Source: Antedon mediterranea
Taxonomy: Eukaryota > Animalia > Echinodermata
DNA length: 64,000 nucleotides
Direction of reading: 5' to 3'
Assembly (NCBI RefSeq): GCF_964355755.1
Contig: NC_092676.1
Span: forward strand, 29,840,871 to 29,904,870
Shown here in pieces: positions 1-12,285 of this stretch (its first letter is position 1; every line of letters starts with the position of its first letter). The position numbers and the translations under genes are program-made. The notes below the pieces were generated by a model. The model was not told the origin of the DNA, searched no databases, and saw nothing but the letters and a program-made list of their open reading frames with translations.

Positions 1-1875
1 AATTATAACTCTCTTCGTTACGTGTTTAGAAAAGAATTTATATCTCCTCATTGGTATGTCGGCGTTGTTATGCATATGAGTCTGTGCAGGTGTAGTGGGA
101 AAGATGGTCAACACGCCACACTGTTAACATTTACAACATCAAAAAACGGGTGGCGAAAGCCACAGAAAAATAAAAGATGTTGGTGTGCTCTTCCCGCCTC
201 AGCCCTAAGGCCAATTGAAGCCAAATGTACTCCTTCATGTTTTAGTATTCTTGGGCGGGCTTCTTTTCTAGATGGACTTCTTTTCGAGATTACTTTCAAA
301 TTAAATGAGGGGATCTGCTAGGTTCCTGCCCGGAGAAAATGTTTTTTTACAAGATTTGAAAAATCTTCTAATGTAAAGATCAACAACATCAACATTCAAC
401 AGTGTGGCCATGGCATGTTGACCGCAATGAGTAACAACACCATCTTTCCCACTACACCTGCACCAACTCATTTGCATAATAACGCACGGCATACCAACTG
501 TTTGTATAGGAGGTAGCAATCAATGGGTTGGTTGTTGGATGGCCAGGCTTGTTCAGGCGACTGAGCTAACTGATCATTTTGGTTTTATCAATATTTATGC
601 CTAGGCAAGTGGACCTTAAATCATAAACAAAAGTGTATGGCATTCAGTTTCCATTAAATAGACACCATAACACCCATGTTCCTCATTTGTTTAGTATGGG
701 TACGGTGGCTTCTTTTTAACGGATAAGCTTCTATTCCACATGGGGTTCTTTTCAAGATTACTTTTGTAAACTAAAGGAGGGGAGTTTCTCGATTCCCGCC
801 CGGAAAATTGTATCTTGACATGATTTGAATTTCTAATAAAGATTAACAAAATCAAAATTTAACTTTTAAAATTAATTTTGTGGCGTGTTACACCTGCACA
901 AACTCATTTGCATAACAACGCAGGGCTTACCAAACTGTTTAAAATAGCTACAAGGTCCTCAGAAATGATACCTATAGTATTTTGAAACATGATATAAGAG
1001 TCTTCACTAATGATTGGGGCTGAGCAAAGACAATTTTGAAACAATATTTATTGAAATATGAAATTAAATATTAAGTCTCCAGTTAAGCTCACTATGGTTG
1101 GGGCAGAGCTAAGAATGAAAGCTTAGTCCCCGGAAATTATGAAACGAAATATAAAAGTCTTCAGGACCAGCCATACAATGGTGATTGTTTCCCAAGTGTG
1201 AGACATGCAATGCACGCGGCCCTGACGGTAATTCAACAAAACGAAATTATGAAATACAAACAGAGCTAGCACAGAAAGGCCTACTTACTAATTTTAATAT
1301 TTCTATAATTTAGAAAACAATTAGATTTATCATATCACCTTTGATAATTATAATGTTAAATTTCAACTATCCAGATGCGAATTTTAGGTTGGGTTTTTAA
1401 AAACTTGACTTCATATGCTTCAATTTCGAAGATCTGCTTAAAACATATTTATTTATTTATTCTACTATAAACTTTTATTTACAACATAATATTAGTAGGC
1501 CTACAATACAATATCTTGCATGAAACGGATATTTAAAAGTACACTATAATGTGTAACGGTAGAATTACAATTCTAATGTAAAAGATTAACAAAATAAAAA
1601 TTGAACAGTGTTGTGCGTTGATCGCGAATAACTAACAATACCATCTTTCCCACAGCACATGTGCACACTCATTTGCATAACAAACGCACGGCATACCAAA
1701 CTACGATGAGATAAAATTAATTCTCTTCTAAACACGTAACGCAGAGAATTAATTCTCTTTTTTTACATTAAAATAAATTGAGGGCGCTAAACATAATATT
1801 TAAACCATCAAAGCAGTTGGCGAGAGCAAAAAAAAAAGATGGTAAATGTGCTCTCCCTGCCTCAGCACTAAGGCC
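1..1875. repeat. Mosaic of diverged local repeat modules (direct and inverted copies), one module carrying CTCATTTGCATAA
   Basis: 1-125 is a diverged reverse complement of ~1600-1757; ~225-505 resembles ~677-940; 133-212 resembles 1803-1875; 558-600 resembles 2070-2122. ATTTGCAT at ~469, ~905 and ~1671. Confidence 0.75.
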
Positions 1876-2015
1876 CTGCCACAGCCTTTTGGGGTCCTTT
1901 CCACCACATCACCAGATGCATTGATGTTCTCGCCTCATGATTTGTGGTGGAAATGGGGACGTATGATCTGTGAACCCCAAACACAGTGGCTCGCATAGCC
2001 TTAACTCTATTCCAC

Positions 2016-2087
2016 CGACCAGCGTGGGAATCGAACCCACGACATACGTGTGTTAACACGACGCTCAGACGACTGAGCTAACTGATC
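2016..2087 (-). pseudogene. tRNA-Ile(AAT)-like sequence (pseudo-tRNA or head of a SINE/Pol III RNA)
   Basis: Minus strand GATCAGTTAGCTCAGTCGTCTGAGCGTCGTGTTAACACACGTATGTCGTGGGTTCGATTCCCACGCTGGTCG: 7-bp acceptor stem, GCTC/GAGC D stem, GTGGG-TTCGATT-CCCAC T arm. D loop lacks GG and the anticodon arm is irregular. Confidence 0.65.
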
Positions 2088-2332
2088 ATTTTGGTTTTAG
2101 CAAGGTTAATAGGATATTTATGACGTAATGATGAATTACGTAATACACAGTCATGTTTCAGTTTGTGGTTCAACGGGTAATGCTCAGTTTTGAGTGCTAT
2201 CAGCTCGGGTTCGAACCTCGACATTAATATATATATATTTTTTTTAATATTGTTTTTTTTTTAAATAGAGATATGTGACACTGTATTGTCGAACATTTAC
2301 GGTACCATACCGGTAGGTATTCAAATATGCTT

Positions 2333-2737
2333 AATACGGAAAGATATTAAAATTCAGTGACTTATTTCTATTTTATATCACTGTGCTCCATGCCACTGGC
2401 TCCAAGTTGGGTCCACTTGAGCAGAGTGTATTAACATACGAAAAGATATTAAAATTCCGTGAATTATTTTTATTTTATATCACTGTGCTCGTCTGGTGCC
2501 AAATTGGGTACACTTGAGTACATTGTATTACAATACGAAAAGATATTACAATTCAGTGACTTATTTCTATTTTATATATCACTGTGCTCCACTGACGCCA
2601 AGTTGGGTCCACTTGAGCACAGTGTATTAAAATACGAAAAGATACTGTATTAACATTCAGTGACTTATTTCTATTTTATATCAATGTGCTTCCCTGGTAC
2701 CAAATTGGGTCCACTTGAGCACAGTGTATTAAAATAC
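2333..2737. repeat. ~100-bp tandem repeat, about 4 diverged copies
   Basis: Recurring AATACGAAAAGATATT...TCAGTGACTTATTTCTATTTTATATCACTGTGCTC...TTGGGTCCACTTGAGCACAGTGTATT. Confidence 0.85.
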
Positions 2738-3835
2738 TGGTGCTAAATTTGAGTTACCGTAGTACTATTTCTATTTCGGAAGTAAATAAAGGCATAAATG
2801 GCGCTCCGTAGAAGTAGAGAATGCTCTGAATATATATTACCACCTCCACACACAGTAGTGTGACCACATCGTTTTTGTTGAGAGAATTTCTGGTGGTAAG
2901 AAGCGTGCTAGTGGTACGGTAGTAAAAGAAACAATTATACATTGACAGGTAGATCTAGAAATGTTATGCTTTGTTTCGAGATTGTTTATATTTAATATAG
3001 ATTATAATAAAAAATACTACAAACATCATTCTATTAGCCTACCAAAAAGGCCTTTAGGCTAGGCCTCCTACTAGTAGCCTAGCTAGGCCTATGCTAGGCT
3101 AGTAGTAGTAGTACTAGGCCTAGGCCTAGTAGTCTGAGTAGTTAGTAGTATAGTTACTACTAGCAGGCTAAACCCTATAAAGCCTAGCTCATCATGTGCA
3201 AAAAAAGAGTATAGGGCCTAAACTAAGCCTATATTTAATATTACTAGCTAATACCAATAGACTTGAAATAGCCTAGTTTAGGGTGGATACTAGGCTAGTA
3301 TAGAGGGGATAGCCCTAGAAATACGGTAGACATAAAAAATATAGGCCTACTGTATGTGACATGTAGGCCTATATTTTTGTAAAAAATATTTTAAGACGAA
3401 TAAAACGTGATTTAATTAATTTGAAGTGAGGGTATGGGAGAGATATTGTATACATTTTACTAATATTATTTTATTTTCTTTGATAACCTTATGGCAATAC
3501 TATATTTATATGAAATCGTGCAGGAAATAATGTATGAAACTTTCCAGGAAATTTTACAATAGCTGTTGTTTGTTCTTCGTTATCTTTTTGCTTTCAAGTT
3601 TGAGGAAATGCTAATAATTTAACAAACTTGAATAAACAAAGAGATTTGATATATTTTTTATTATTTAAATAAATAATTATATTTTGAATTTGTTTTGATG
3701 ACACAATTCAATATGTTAAATTGAAAGTTCTCTAAAATTTTACTTAATTTCAGCAGTCACCTAAGTGATCAAAGTACGGACTAATCCATTGGTAGATGTT
3801 AAGTTGAGTAACATTTACAAGAAGAGTCACACATC

Positions 3836-6800
3836 ATGTCACTATTGTCCATCATTCAAAAGACTTACATCGTACCTCTAATTGTAGGCTACACATTCCT
3901 TGTTAGCGGTGTCGTCATATGGATATTACAGGCTTGCTGCTTAGTTATCTGGCCGTTTAGTAAAAGTCTATATAGACGTTGTGTTTGTGTTTTAGCATAC
4001 CAACATTGGGTCCGTAAGTTAAGTTTTCAGTTGTCTTTGTCCATGTCGCAAAAAAAAAAAAATACAGTGAAGGAGACAAATTTGTAAGAATGTGTCTAAA
4101 TAGAGCACATATCTTTATGCTACTCGTATGCACACTTAAAATAAAAATAATAATAATTTACATTTTGTAAAATAATATCTTAACTTAAGTACATTCTTAA
4201 ACATAATATCTTAACTTAAGTACATTCTTAAACATAATATCTTAACTTAAGTACATTCTTAAACATAATATCTTAACTTAAGTACATTCTTAAACATAAT
4301 TTCTTTGTTACTCAATAATAGTTTATCTTATGCTCAATTAAATAATTAATATCAACATTTTTTAAGTCCATATGCTTTCAATTTAAGTAGAAATCATTAA
4401 GTCAATATTAAATATTTTGATATTTTTAAACTTCGAATCAGAATGTGGCACACATGGGTACATCATGATCACAAACTCTCAACCCTATACAAATACAACA
4501 TAGATAAAGGTGACTCCAAAGTTTGAACTTTACAAAAAATTGAATAATGCTTAATCACACCTCTCACCACATGTGATTCCCTAAATGAATTGTAGAATGT
4601 AATGTTTTGTTTTGGTTTATTTATTTCTGTGCTCTGTTCTGTTGACCAACTACCATAGGTGTTTAGCACCGTGCTAAACACCTATGGTAGTTGGTCAACA
4701 GAACAGAGCACAGCACCTGTTTGGTCTTTCCTTACCTTTTATATTTGGTTTTTTTTTCTATGTATAGTATATGGCAGAAATTGAATAAATAAAAAATTAA
4801 ATAAATAAACTAAATGTGCTTTTTTAAATGTACACTTTCAGAGACTTTAGGCACATAAATTTAAATAAATATACTGATTTTGAACATATGCTTTCATAAT
4901 ATTATGATGTCTGTTATTTTGACTGGCAGGTAATTCACAGAAAACATGCCATGCTTTAGTACTAAATATAAATAACATGTGCACAAGAAAAAATAAATAA
5001 AATACAAAACTATTTTTTTCCAGAAATGGTCTTCTTGTTTGACCACTGGGCAAAAGCAGAAATTATTTTCTACCATGACGGAAAACTAGTAGATTTTTTA
5101 GCGAAAGAGCACTCCCTCATCGTTATGAATCATCGTTTTGATGTCGATTTTTTAGTGACGTGGTCAACATGTCAAAAGTTTGGTATATTAGGGGTAAGTG
5201 GTAGAAATTAGTGATCACTCAAATTTGGTATCTCTTCCGTACCTCATTCCTTTTTGATTTTATTTTTAAAAAAAGAAACATAATTATATATTATTTGTCT
5301 TTTCAGTCGTCCAAATCTTTTGTAAAAGAAGAATTGAAATATATTCCAATTGTAGGTTGGGGCTTTTCTCTGATTGAGATGGTCTTTCTGAAAAGGAATT
5401 TTCAGAAAGATCGAAAGGCTTTGGTTGATGGAATTAGTATATTGAAAGATTATCCATTGAAATCTTGGGTAAGTTGTACTGGAATAGTCCTGTCATGTGA
5501 CCTTGAGTACTGTAAAACCACTTTATTTTTCCAAAAAGCATATTTATAAGATAATTTGATGATAAAAGTGGTAAAGATAAAGCAAAATTGGAGAGAAAAA
5601 AACCAAAAGAGCAAATTCGTATTATGGCTACCCTTTACATATAAAACGGACAATGACAATAAAAACATGACAAAAATAGGACAATACATAAACTTTCACG
5701 AATCGGTTACAATGGCCATTTTTGCAATGTAAAACTTTTGAGAATTTGAACAATACTATACTGTGAACAGGATCGCGTCAATCAATTGTGGGTGCGACCT
5801 TTCGTGTTGAAATGCATGTACTCTGTGTGTAATGCATTATAGTAGAACAGTATTCCTTAAAATGAATTATAATAGACACATATAGAAGATGAGTTGTCAA
5901 TGTCATAGTGCACTGACCTTCAATGACTTTCAAGTTTTCTGACTTTGAGAACAAACTATGGTTTGTTTGACCTGATATCCTACTATTACTATTGTAGTAC
6001 TGAATTAATCTATGTACTTTGTAAAAACAAAGAGATAATAGACAGTTTAGTGCAATAAAGACTAATGTCTTCTGAAGTGTTTCCACTAATCACATGTAAA
6101 CTTAACAACTGGTCATTTTTTACATTCAATGTATATAAAGATAGCTAAATATTTATATAAAATTAAAACCTATCTATAAAATGTTTTTATTATTTAGATC
6201 ATAAAAATGCAGCATATGGAAATTTCATAAAAAAGTTTAGTACTTTTCTTCCATAAATTTCATTGAGAGTTTTTATGCACTATTTAAGAATAAACTTATT
6301 ATTATAAAAACTACATTGTACCTGAGGTACACATTAAAAGTTAAAAACATAATGTTATTTATTAATAGATGTTACTATTTTGCGAAGGCACCCGTTTTAC
6401 AAAACAAAAACAAGAAAAAGCCAACGAGGTTGCCAGGGAGAAGGGACTGAAGGAATTAAATCACCATTTATTACCACGAACCAAAGGATTCTCAGTTATA
6501 ACACAGGCGATGAAGGGCGTTGGTAAGTTACAACTGAGAGAAATAAACTTTAATGCTCCATATTGTTTATAGTGGACTATCCATAACTATTAAGTGAGAG
6601 TTTAAGAGAATTCACTAGTTTTTAGACTAATAATATTCGTTCTTATATAGTGCTTATTGCACAATGCTTCTAAACGCTTCACATTATTGGAAAGATACAC
6701 AATGCAGCTAGTATTCAGTAATCTAACTGTGTACCCGTGGGTAAAGTATCCTGCCTAGAGATACAAGCAATGCGACAAGAGTTGTACCTGTAGGTAAAGT

Positions 6801-9028
6801 ATCCTGCCTAGAGATACAAGCAATGCGACAAGAGTTGGATTCAAACTCACAATCAGTAATTCAACGTCCAAAACACTGCACCACATGCCCAGACAAAACA
6901 ATTACAATACAAGAAATCAGTTCTTGTCAGAATTTAAACTGAAACCCAGGTCAATGGATTTTGTCAGAATTTAAACTGAAACCCAGGTCAATGGATTTTG
7001 TCAGAATTTAAACTCAAACCCAGGTCAATGGATTTTGTCAGAATTTAAACTCAAACCCAGGTCAATGGATTTTGTCAGAATTTAAACTCAAACCCAGGTC
7101 AATGGATTTTGTCAGAATTTAAACTCAAACCCAGGTCAATGGATTTTGTCAGAATTTAAACTAAAACCCAGGTCAATGTATTTTGAAGTTGAGCACCAAC
7201 AATCTACATAATATTAAGTAAATCTTTATATTTCAATAGTTCCTGCTGTGTATGATGTAACATTATGTTGTAAAGATGACCCAACATTTATGCAAGTAAT
7301 GTCGGCTAAAAAGCTAACATTTCATTTATTAGTAAAGTAAGTTTATTCTTCCTTTTTTCAGATTAAATGTGTAGATTTGTAGTCCATATCTTATTCTTGT
7401 ATTGCCAATCAACAATAAAGATTGATCTAACATTTCTGTTATTGTGTATAGGAGAATACCTGCAGAAGATATACCAACAGATAATGATGATGATAGCGCA
7501 GCATTCTGTCATAAACTATATCAAGAAAAGGTAAAAACTTTCTACCAGCGTAACCTGGTTTATTTACAACTATCAGTATTTACATACAGTACTTTATTGG
7601 ATTTTGTATTAAAGATATAATATTTAAAGCTCTACAGGACAAAGTGCCTCTGTGTAGACATTTTGCAGTCAGTATAATTTTATATTATTCGTGATTATTA
7701 TATGTGATTGGTTGAAACTACATCACATGACTACCGCTCTGAGGATCGTAATTTTTCCTTGAGTATGATGATATATATTCCATCTAGCAAAAAATCCAAT
7801 CTTATATTTCACCTCAATATCTGTATAATATTACATAGCCTATGTAAAACCAGGGAGATGTAAAATAACACTACTAGAATGTAACAAAATGTTGGTAGGT
7901 TGGTTATAAGTATAATCCTACCAGAAATGGATCTTAAATGTTATAATACACCTCTAAACAGTCAATATACTATTTTCTATGACAGGATGAAGCAGTGAAC
8001 CATTTTCATGAACATGGCACATTGGACGGGTACCAGGGAAAATATAAACCATTGACGTTAAAAAACAACAGTGGTCCGGTGTCGGTTGTACTCTTTTGGT
8101 CTACTCTACTATTTACACCATTTGCTTACTACTTAATGTACTTACTTTACACAGGATCCATGTATACTTACATAGTGCTAACTATTTGTACATACTTGGG
8201 TAAGTACACTAACATTTAAAGTACAGTTTTATTCATTACATATCTATATACACTGTATATCATTTGCAATTAAGGTCTTAGTAAAAAGTACATAGACTGG
8301 AAGCATTTGTCAGTTACAAATATTGAAATTTGTAAATGTTATCATGATGGAAATGCAAAAAAAATTGACCTGCCAGCAACACATCATCAATTCTCCTACT
8401 TCCACAACTGATAAGTAATAATTGGCAATGAAAGTCATATCACAATACATCCAGCATTTTAGATAGGGGGAGGTGGGTGCTAATATTGAAAATGATCCAT
8501 CGGCTTGCAGAAAAATAAAAATAATAATTTTTCTATTTTTAAAAGACATGACTTTGTTTATGTCTGTGCTGTTTATTTGAATACATTTGATAGTTTATTA
8601 TGTTTAGATTCAACCTGTTAGTGGCGGTTGCATCGCTGTTGGTTGACAACTGAATAAAATTTAAAAAAAAAGAAAAAAGACTGTTAAATTTTAAGGGAGG
8701 CCTAAAGCCTGTTTAGCCTTCATCTAAATCTGCGCCTGCACATAGATTGGATACAGTTTTTAGTTAATTACAGTAACCATTACACAGTGGGAGTAACACA
8801 GTAATAATGAATTGACCTACTATACCAATGACCTCCATCCAACACCCCTAACGCACTGCCAATAACATGTATCATGTAACTCCTCTTTTAGTGTATCTAC
8901 TATGCAAACGAATGATATCGGAGACAGTATCGTCAAAAGGTTCAACATATGGATCAACTATAAGTAACGGTAGTGCTACAAAACAAGAAACACAAAATTC
9001 AACAAATCAAGTTGAAAAAAAGGACTAA
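3836..9028 (+). CDS. AGPAT3: 1-acyl-sn-glycerol-3-phosphate acyltransferase gamma/delta-like (AGPAT3/4 family), 8 coding exons
   Basis: Exons ~3836-4013, 5024-5193, 5307-5468, 6369-6522, 7240-7336, 7452-7530, 7986-8199, 8892-9028 with GT-AG junctions. Motifs NHRFDVD (HX4D), FLKR, FCEGTRF, LLPRTKGF, VYDVT and C-terminal KGSTYG. Probable non-coding exon ending ~2948. AGPAT3 vs AGPAT4 cannot be resolved. Confidence 0.9.
4172..4300. repeat. 31-bp tandem repeat x4
   Basis: ATAATATCTTAACTTAAGTACATTCTTAAAC repeated. Confidence 0.9.
4627..4713. repeat. Perfect 43-bp inverted repeat with 1-nt spacer
   Basis: CTGTGCTCTGTTCTGTTGACCAACTACCATAGGTGTTTAGCAC-C-exact reverse complement. Confidence 0.95.
6630..6890 (-). 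mobile_element. Degenerate tRNA-derived SINE with LINE-like tail
   Basis: Minus strand begins GGGCATGTGGTGCAGTG (A-box-like) ... GAGTTTGAATCC (B-box-like) and ends TGTGAAGCGTTTAGAAGCATT...AAGCACTATATAAG. Internal ~44-bp duplication. Confidence 0.5.
6924..7182. repeat. 37-bp minisatellite x7
   Basis: TTGTCAGAATTTAAACTSAAACCCAGGTCAATGGATT repeated. Confidence 0.95.
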
Positions 9029-9218
9029 CAAACATAGATGTACGAGCATTACCAAATAAGGAAATATAGAGGGAGACATATCAGAATGCTGGCGTTTTAG
9101 TTTTTGTATTCTGATCTCAAATGATTAAATAAATCGATAGTTACACAATATTGTATATGATGTAAATATGTATGTTGTGTTTACCTGTTGTTCCAACTGA
9201 AGCCTATAATGTTACCAC

Positions 9219-9360
9219 GGTGATACTGGTTCACAAAATAGCCCCTGTATCAGGGGGATAACCACCTACCTGATAGAACAGTGATTAATGGTGATACTGG
9301 TTCACAAAATTGCCCCTGTATCAGGGGGATAACCACCTACCTGATAGAACAGTGATTAAT
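9219..9360. repeat. 71-bp direct duplication in AGPAT 3' UTR
   Basis: GGTGATACTGGTTCACAAAAT...GAACAGTGATTAAT twice, one mismatch. Confidence 0.9.
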
Positions 9361-12285
9361 TTACTATTGGTAATCCTTAGCTACATTGCCTAAAGACAAA
9401 ATAAATAAATAAAAAATGTTAGGTTTTATTAACAAATAATATTGATTGTTGTAGATAAACATGTCTTCTTAATATTAATTTTAAAGTGTATTAATAATAA
9501 TATATATTAATTATATTATTTTAAAGTCAGATTTTAACTATGAAATAGATTGGACCCAGTTAATGAAAAGTGGTGCAGTAGTGTGTTAAATTACGGTCAA
9601 GCATTGACATCTGAATGACAGTGCTGACAATGACATAGTGTGTGGCTACCCAACAATTATAAATAGAATTGAGCTAAATTTATCTGATATCTTTAGATTA
9701 CAAATAGAAGAATTAAGAGTGAACTTTACACTGTACTAAGCACACAATGTATGCTGCATAGTATTGTACTACGCACACAATGTATGCTGCATAGTATTGT
9801 TGTAATGATTGACAAAAACATTTGAATATTGATATACGGTACTACAATTACAAGTAATAAACTTAATAACAAAAGTCAAATGTTGGTCATAATTAAACTC
9901 CTCCAACTTATTATGTTTAAATTATTGTATATAATATTATCTAAGAAGTCAATAATTAAAATATAATAACATTCCAAATATTAGAAAAATAATAAATATT
10001 CTAAAAACCTCGAAGTTCACTCATTTAAAATTACATTTAGTATGCATTTAAACTTTACTTTAGTCGTTTATTGGTATTATGCCTTTTATTACATTGTATT
10101 TTTGATATAGAAATGTTGTTTTGTTAATTCTGTGTGCAATACAATGGCATACACCACAAGCAGTATTTTAATGGTAACTTTTTCACCAAAGACTCATTAT
10201 GTGTCCAAAAGTAATTTTAATTTGTCGACACTGATTCGGTTGTTTTTTTCCAAAAAATTGTAAAAATATTTTAGATTCTATTTTATCTTTTAATTTAAAG
10301 CAATGTGTGCGATATTAGAATTCTTTTTAATTAAAAATTATTAATAATAAAAATAGGTTTTTTTAATTGGAAAAAGGTGTTTTTTTTAAATTAAATATGA
10401 AAATTCTGGTTTAATCTGATTATTACGTTAGATTTGTATTCATGCAAACAAATCTATTAAAAAACATCTGTATAATGATATAGATAATTTTTAAGCAATT
10501 ATTTCCAGTATTACTTTGATAATGATAAATTCTTTTAAATATTTCATTATTCTAACATTCTAAATAATTCAGGTAGAGAATTTTGTTTTTCTTACAAGTT
10601 TGAAGTTGCTGTTTAATAATCATTTTTGCTTTATCATGCAACATTACATCATGGTAGATGATGACATGAGACCTAAGTATAGGCCATGTCATATCATTCT
10701 TAATCTTTATACTTTAATCAATGTATGCACACATTTTGAATGAAATGTTGTAATGGAATAAAAGTATAAAGTATTGTTGTACATTAGCACAGAATAAACC
10801 TACCTGGATACATTGATTGAATGAACGGTTATAAATTGGAATAAATATACCATTATTATAATTGAAAGTTTTGGTGTAAGTGTATTCTTAAAATCTTATT
10901 GCTTTGTATCGTTGGCAGAAAATGTCAATAATTTAAGTTTTCTGGTGAGGAGTTCGCGAAAAAAATCCAACCTGTATTATGCATCGCTTAAAACAGTCTA
11001 CAGCACAAACCACCTGTGAAGTTTTTTATCAAACTTTTATTTCAAAATTTCTGAATCCACAGAAAAAACAGCAATTCAATTGAATTCTGAAAAAAAAGAC
11101 TTTAAATTCCAACATTTTAGGTTTTTTATTTGTTCCAACTTAAATGCATTACATAACATGAATTGGCTTTTATTTGTTCCAACTTAAATGAATTACATAA
11201 CATGGCTTTTCTTTGATATAATTAACCATCTATTTCATCTAGTTTATTATAAATGACAACAATATAACACCTTTATAATATTAAATAACAACAATATTGA
11301 ATATTCCACCAAATGTATAACAACAAATATTTCTTTTTGATCAACTAAATGATTCCAAATTAAATCATTTCCAGGTCAAAAAACTCTTTTTTCCACATAT
11401 TACGGCTAGTTCATAAACAAATAGACATTTATTCATATTTCGGCATGAAATCAGTCAAGCAGAGCACACTCTTTGTACTTACAATGTTGCATTGAAATGT
11501 TTAACATAGGGGGGGGGGGGGGGGGTTCCTAAATTATTTGTTGAAAAAATAAAATAAAAATTCAAGATGAAGAATGAATGAATATCTTATACTTTCCATT
11601 TATAAATATTTGATTTAAAAGCATATTTGAATAAAATTAAACATAAAACAAGATTAGAGTCCTTTTAAGTATAGGACTTAATTACAATATTGCAGCACGT
11701 TGTAAATTAAACTGGACATTTCTATCTTTAACATTTAAAAAAAAGAATGATTGACATATGTATAACTATAATTAACATTTATTTATATAATTAAAAATAT
11801 TGCGCTCAGCTGTTCATCTCATATACATTTTTTTAGTGGAACAAAATGGAATGTACTGTAAAGGGAACACATATATATAAACAATGTATTGGTAGTGTTG
11901 CCTCGTTAGGGGTCGTGAAGGTCAATTACTGGACCTCCAGTGTTAAGCAATGGCATATACAGTAGGTACCAAAGATGCCAATATAATATTTAGTATACAC
12001 ATCAGTACATTATCCAAAAAGCACTAAGTTTGTGTACAGCAAACAGCATTCTAATACTGCCTTCACCTCAAAACAAAATTGGAATCTTTTTATTTTTTAT
12101 GATAACAATTGCTACTATTATTATTAAGAAATACAATTTCGAATGTTGCAATAGCGAATGTATTATTTTTAACATACTGGTTTTGTCCCAGCTTAGACAT
12201 ATCATGTTATTAATGTTACTTTAATTAGCATGCTACATCTGCTAAATTTAACTATTATAATACTGGTTTTTTTATATTAATGTTA

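Noticed and set aside
22-519. Short ORFs sharing MSxCRCSGKDG on opposite strands
   Set aside because: Explained by the inverted repeat module; frames are not preserved across copies.
2016-2087. Functional tRNA-Val(AAC) or tRNA-Ile gene
   Set aside because: No D-loop GG, irregular 6-nt anticodon loop and no adjacent terminator.
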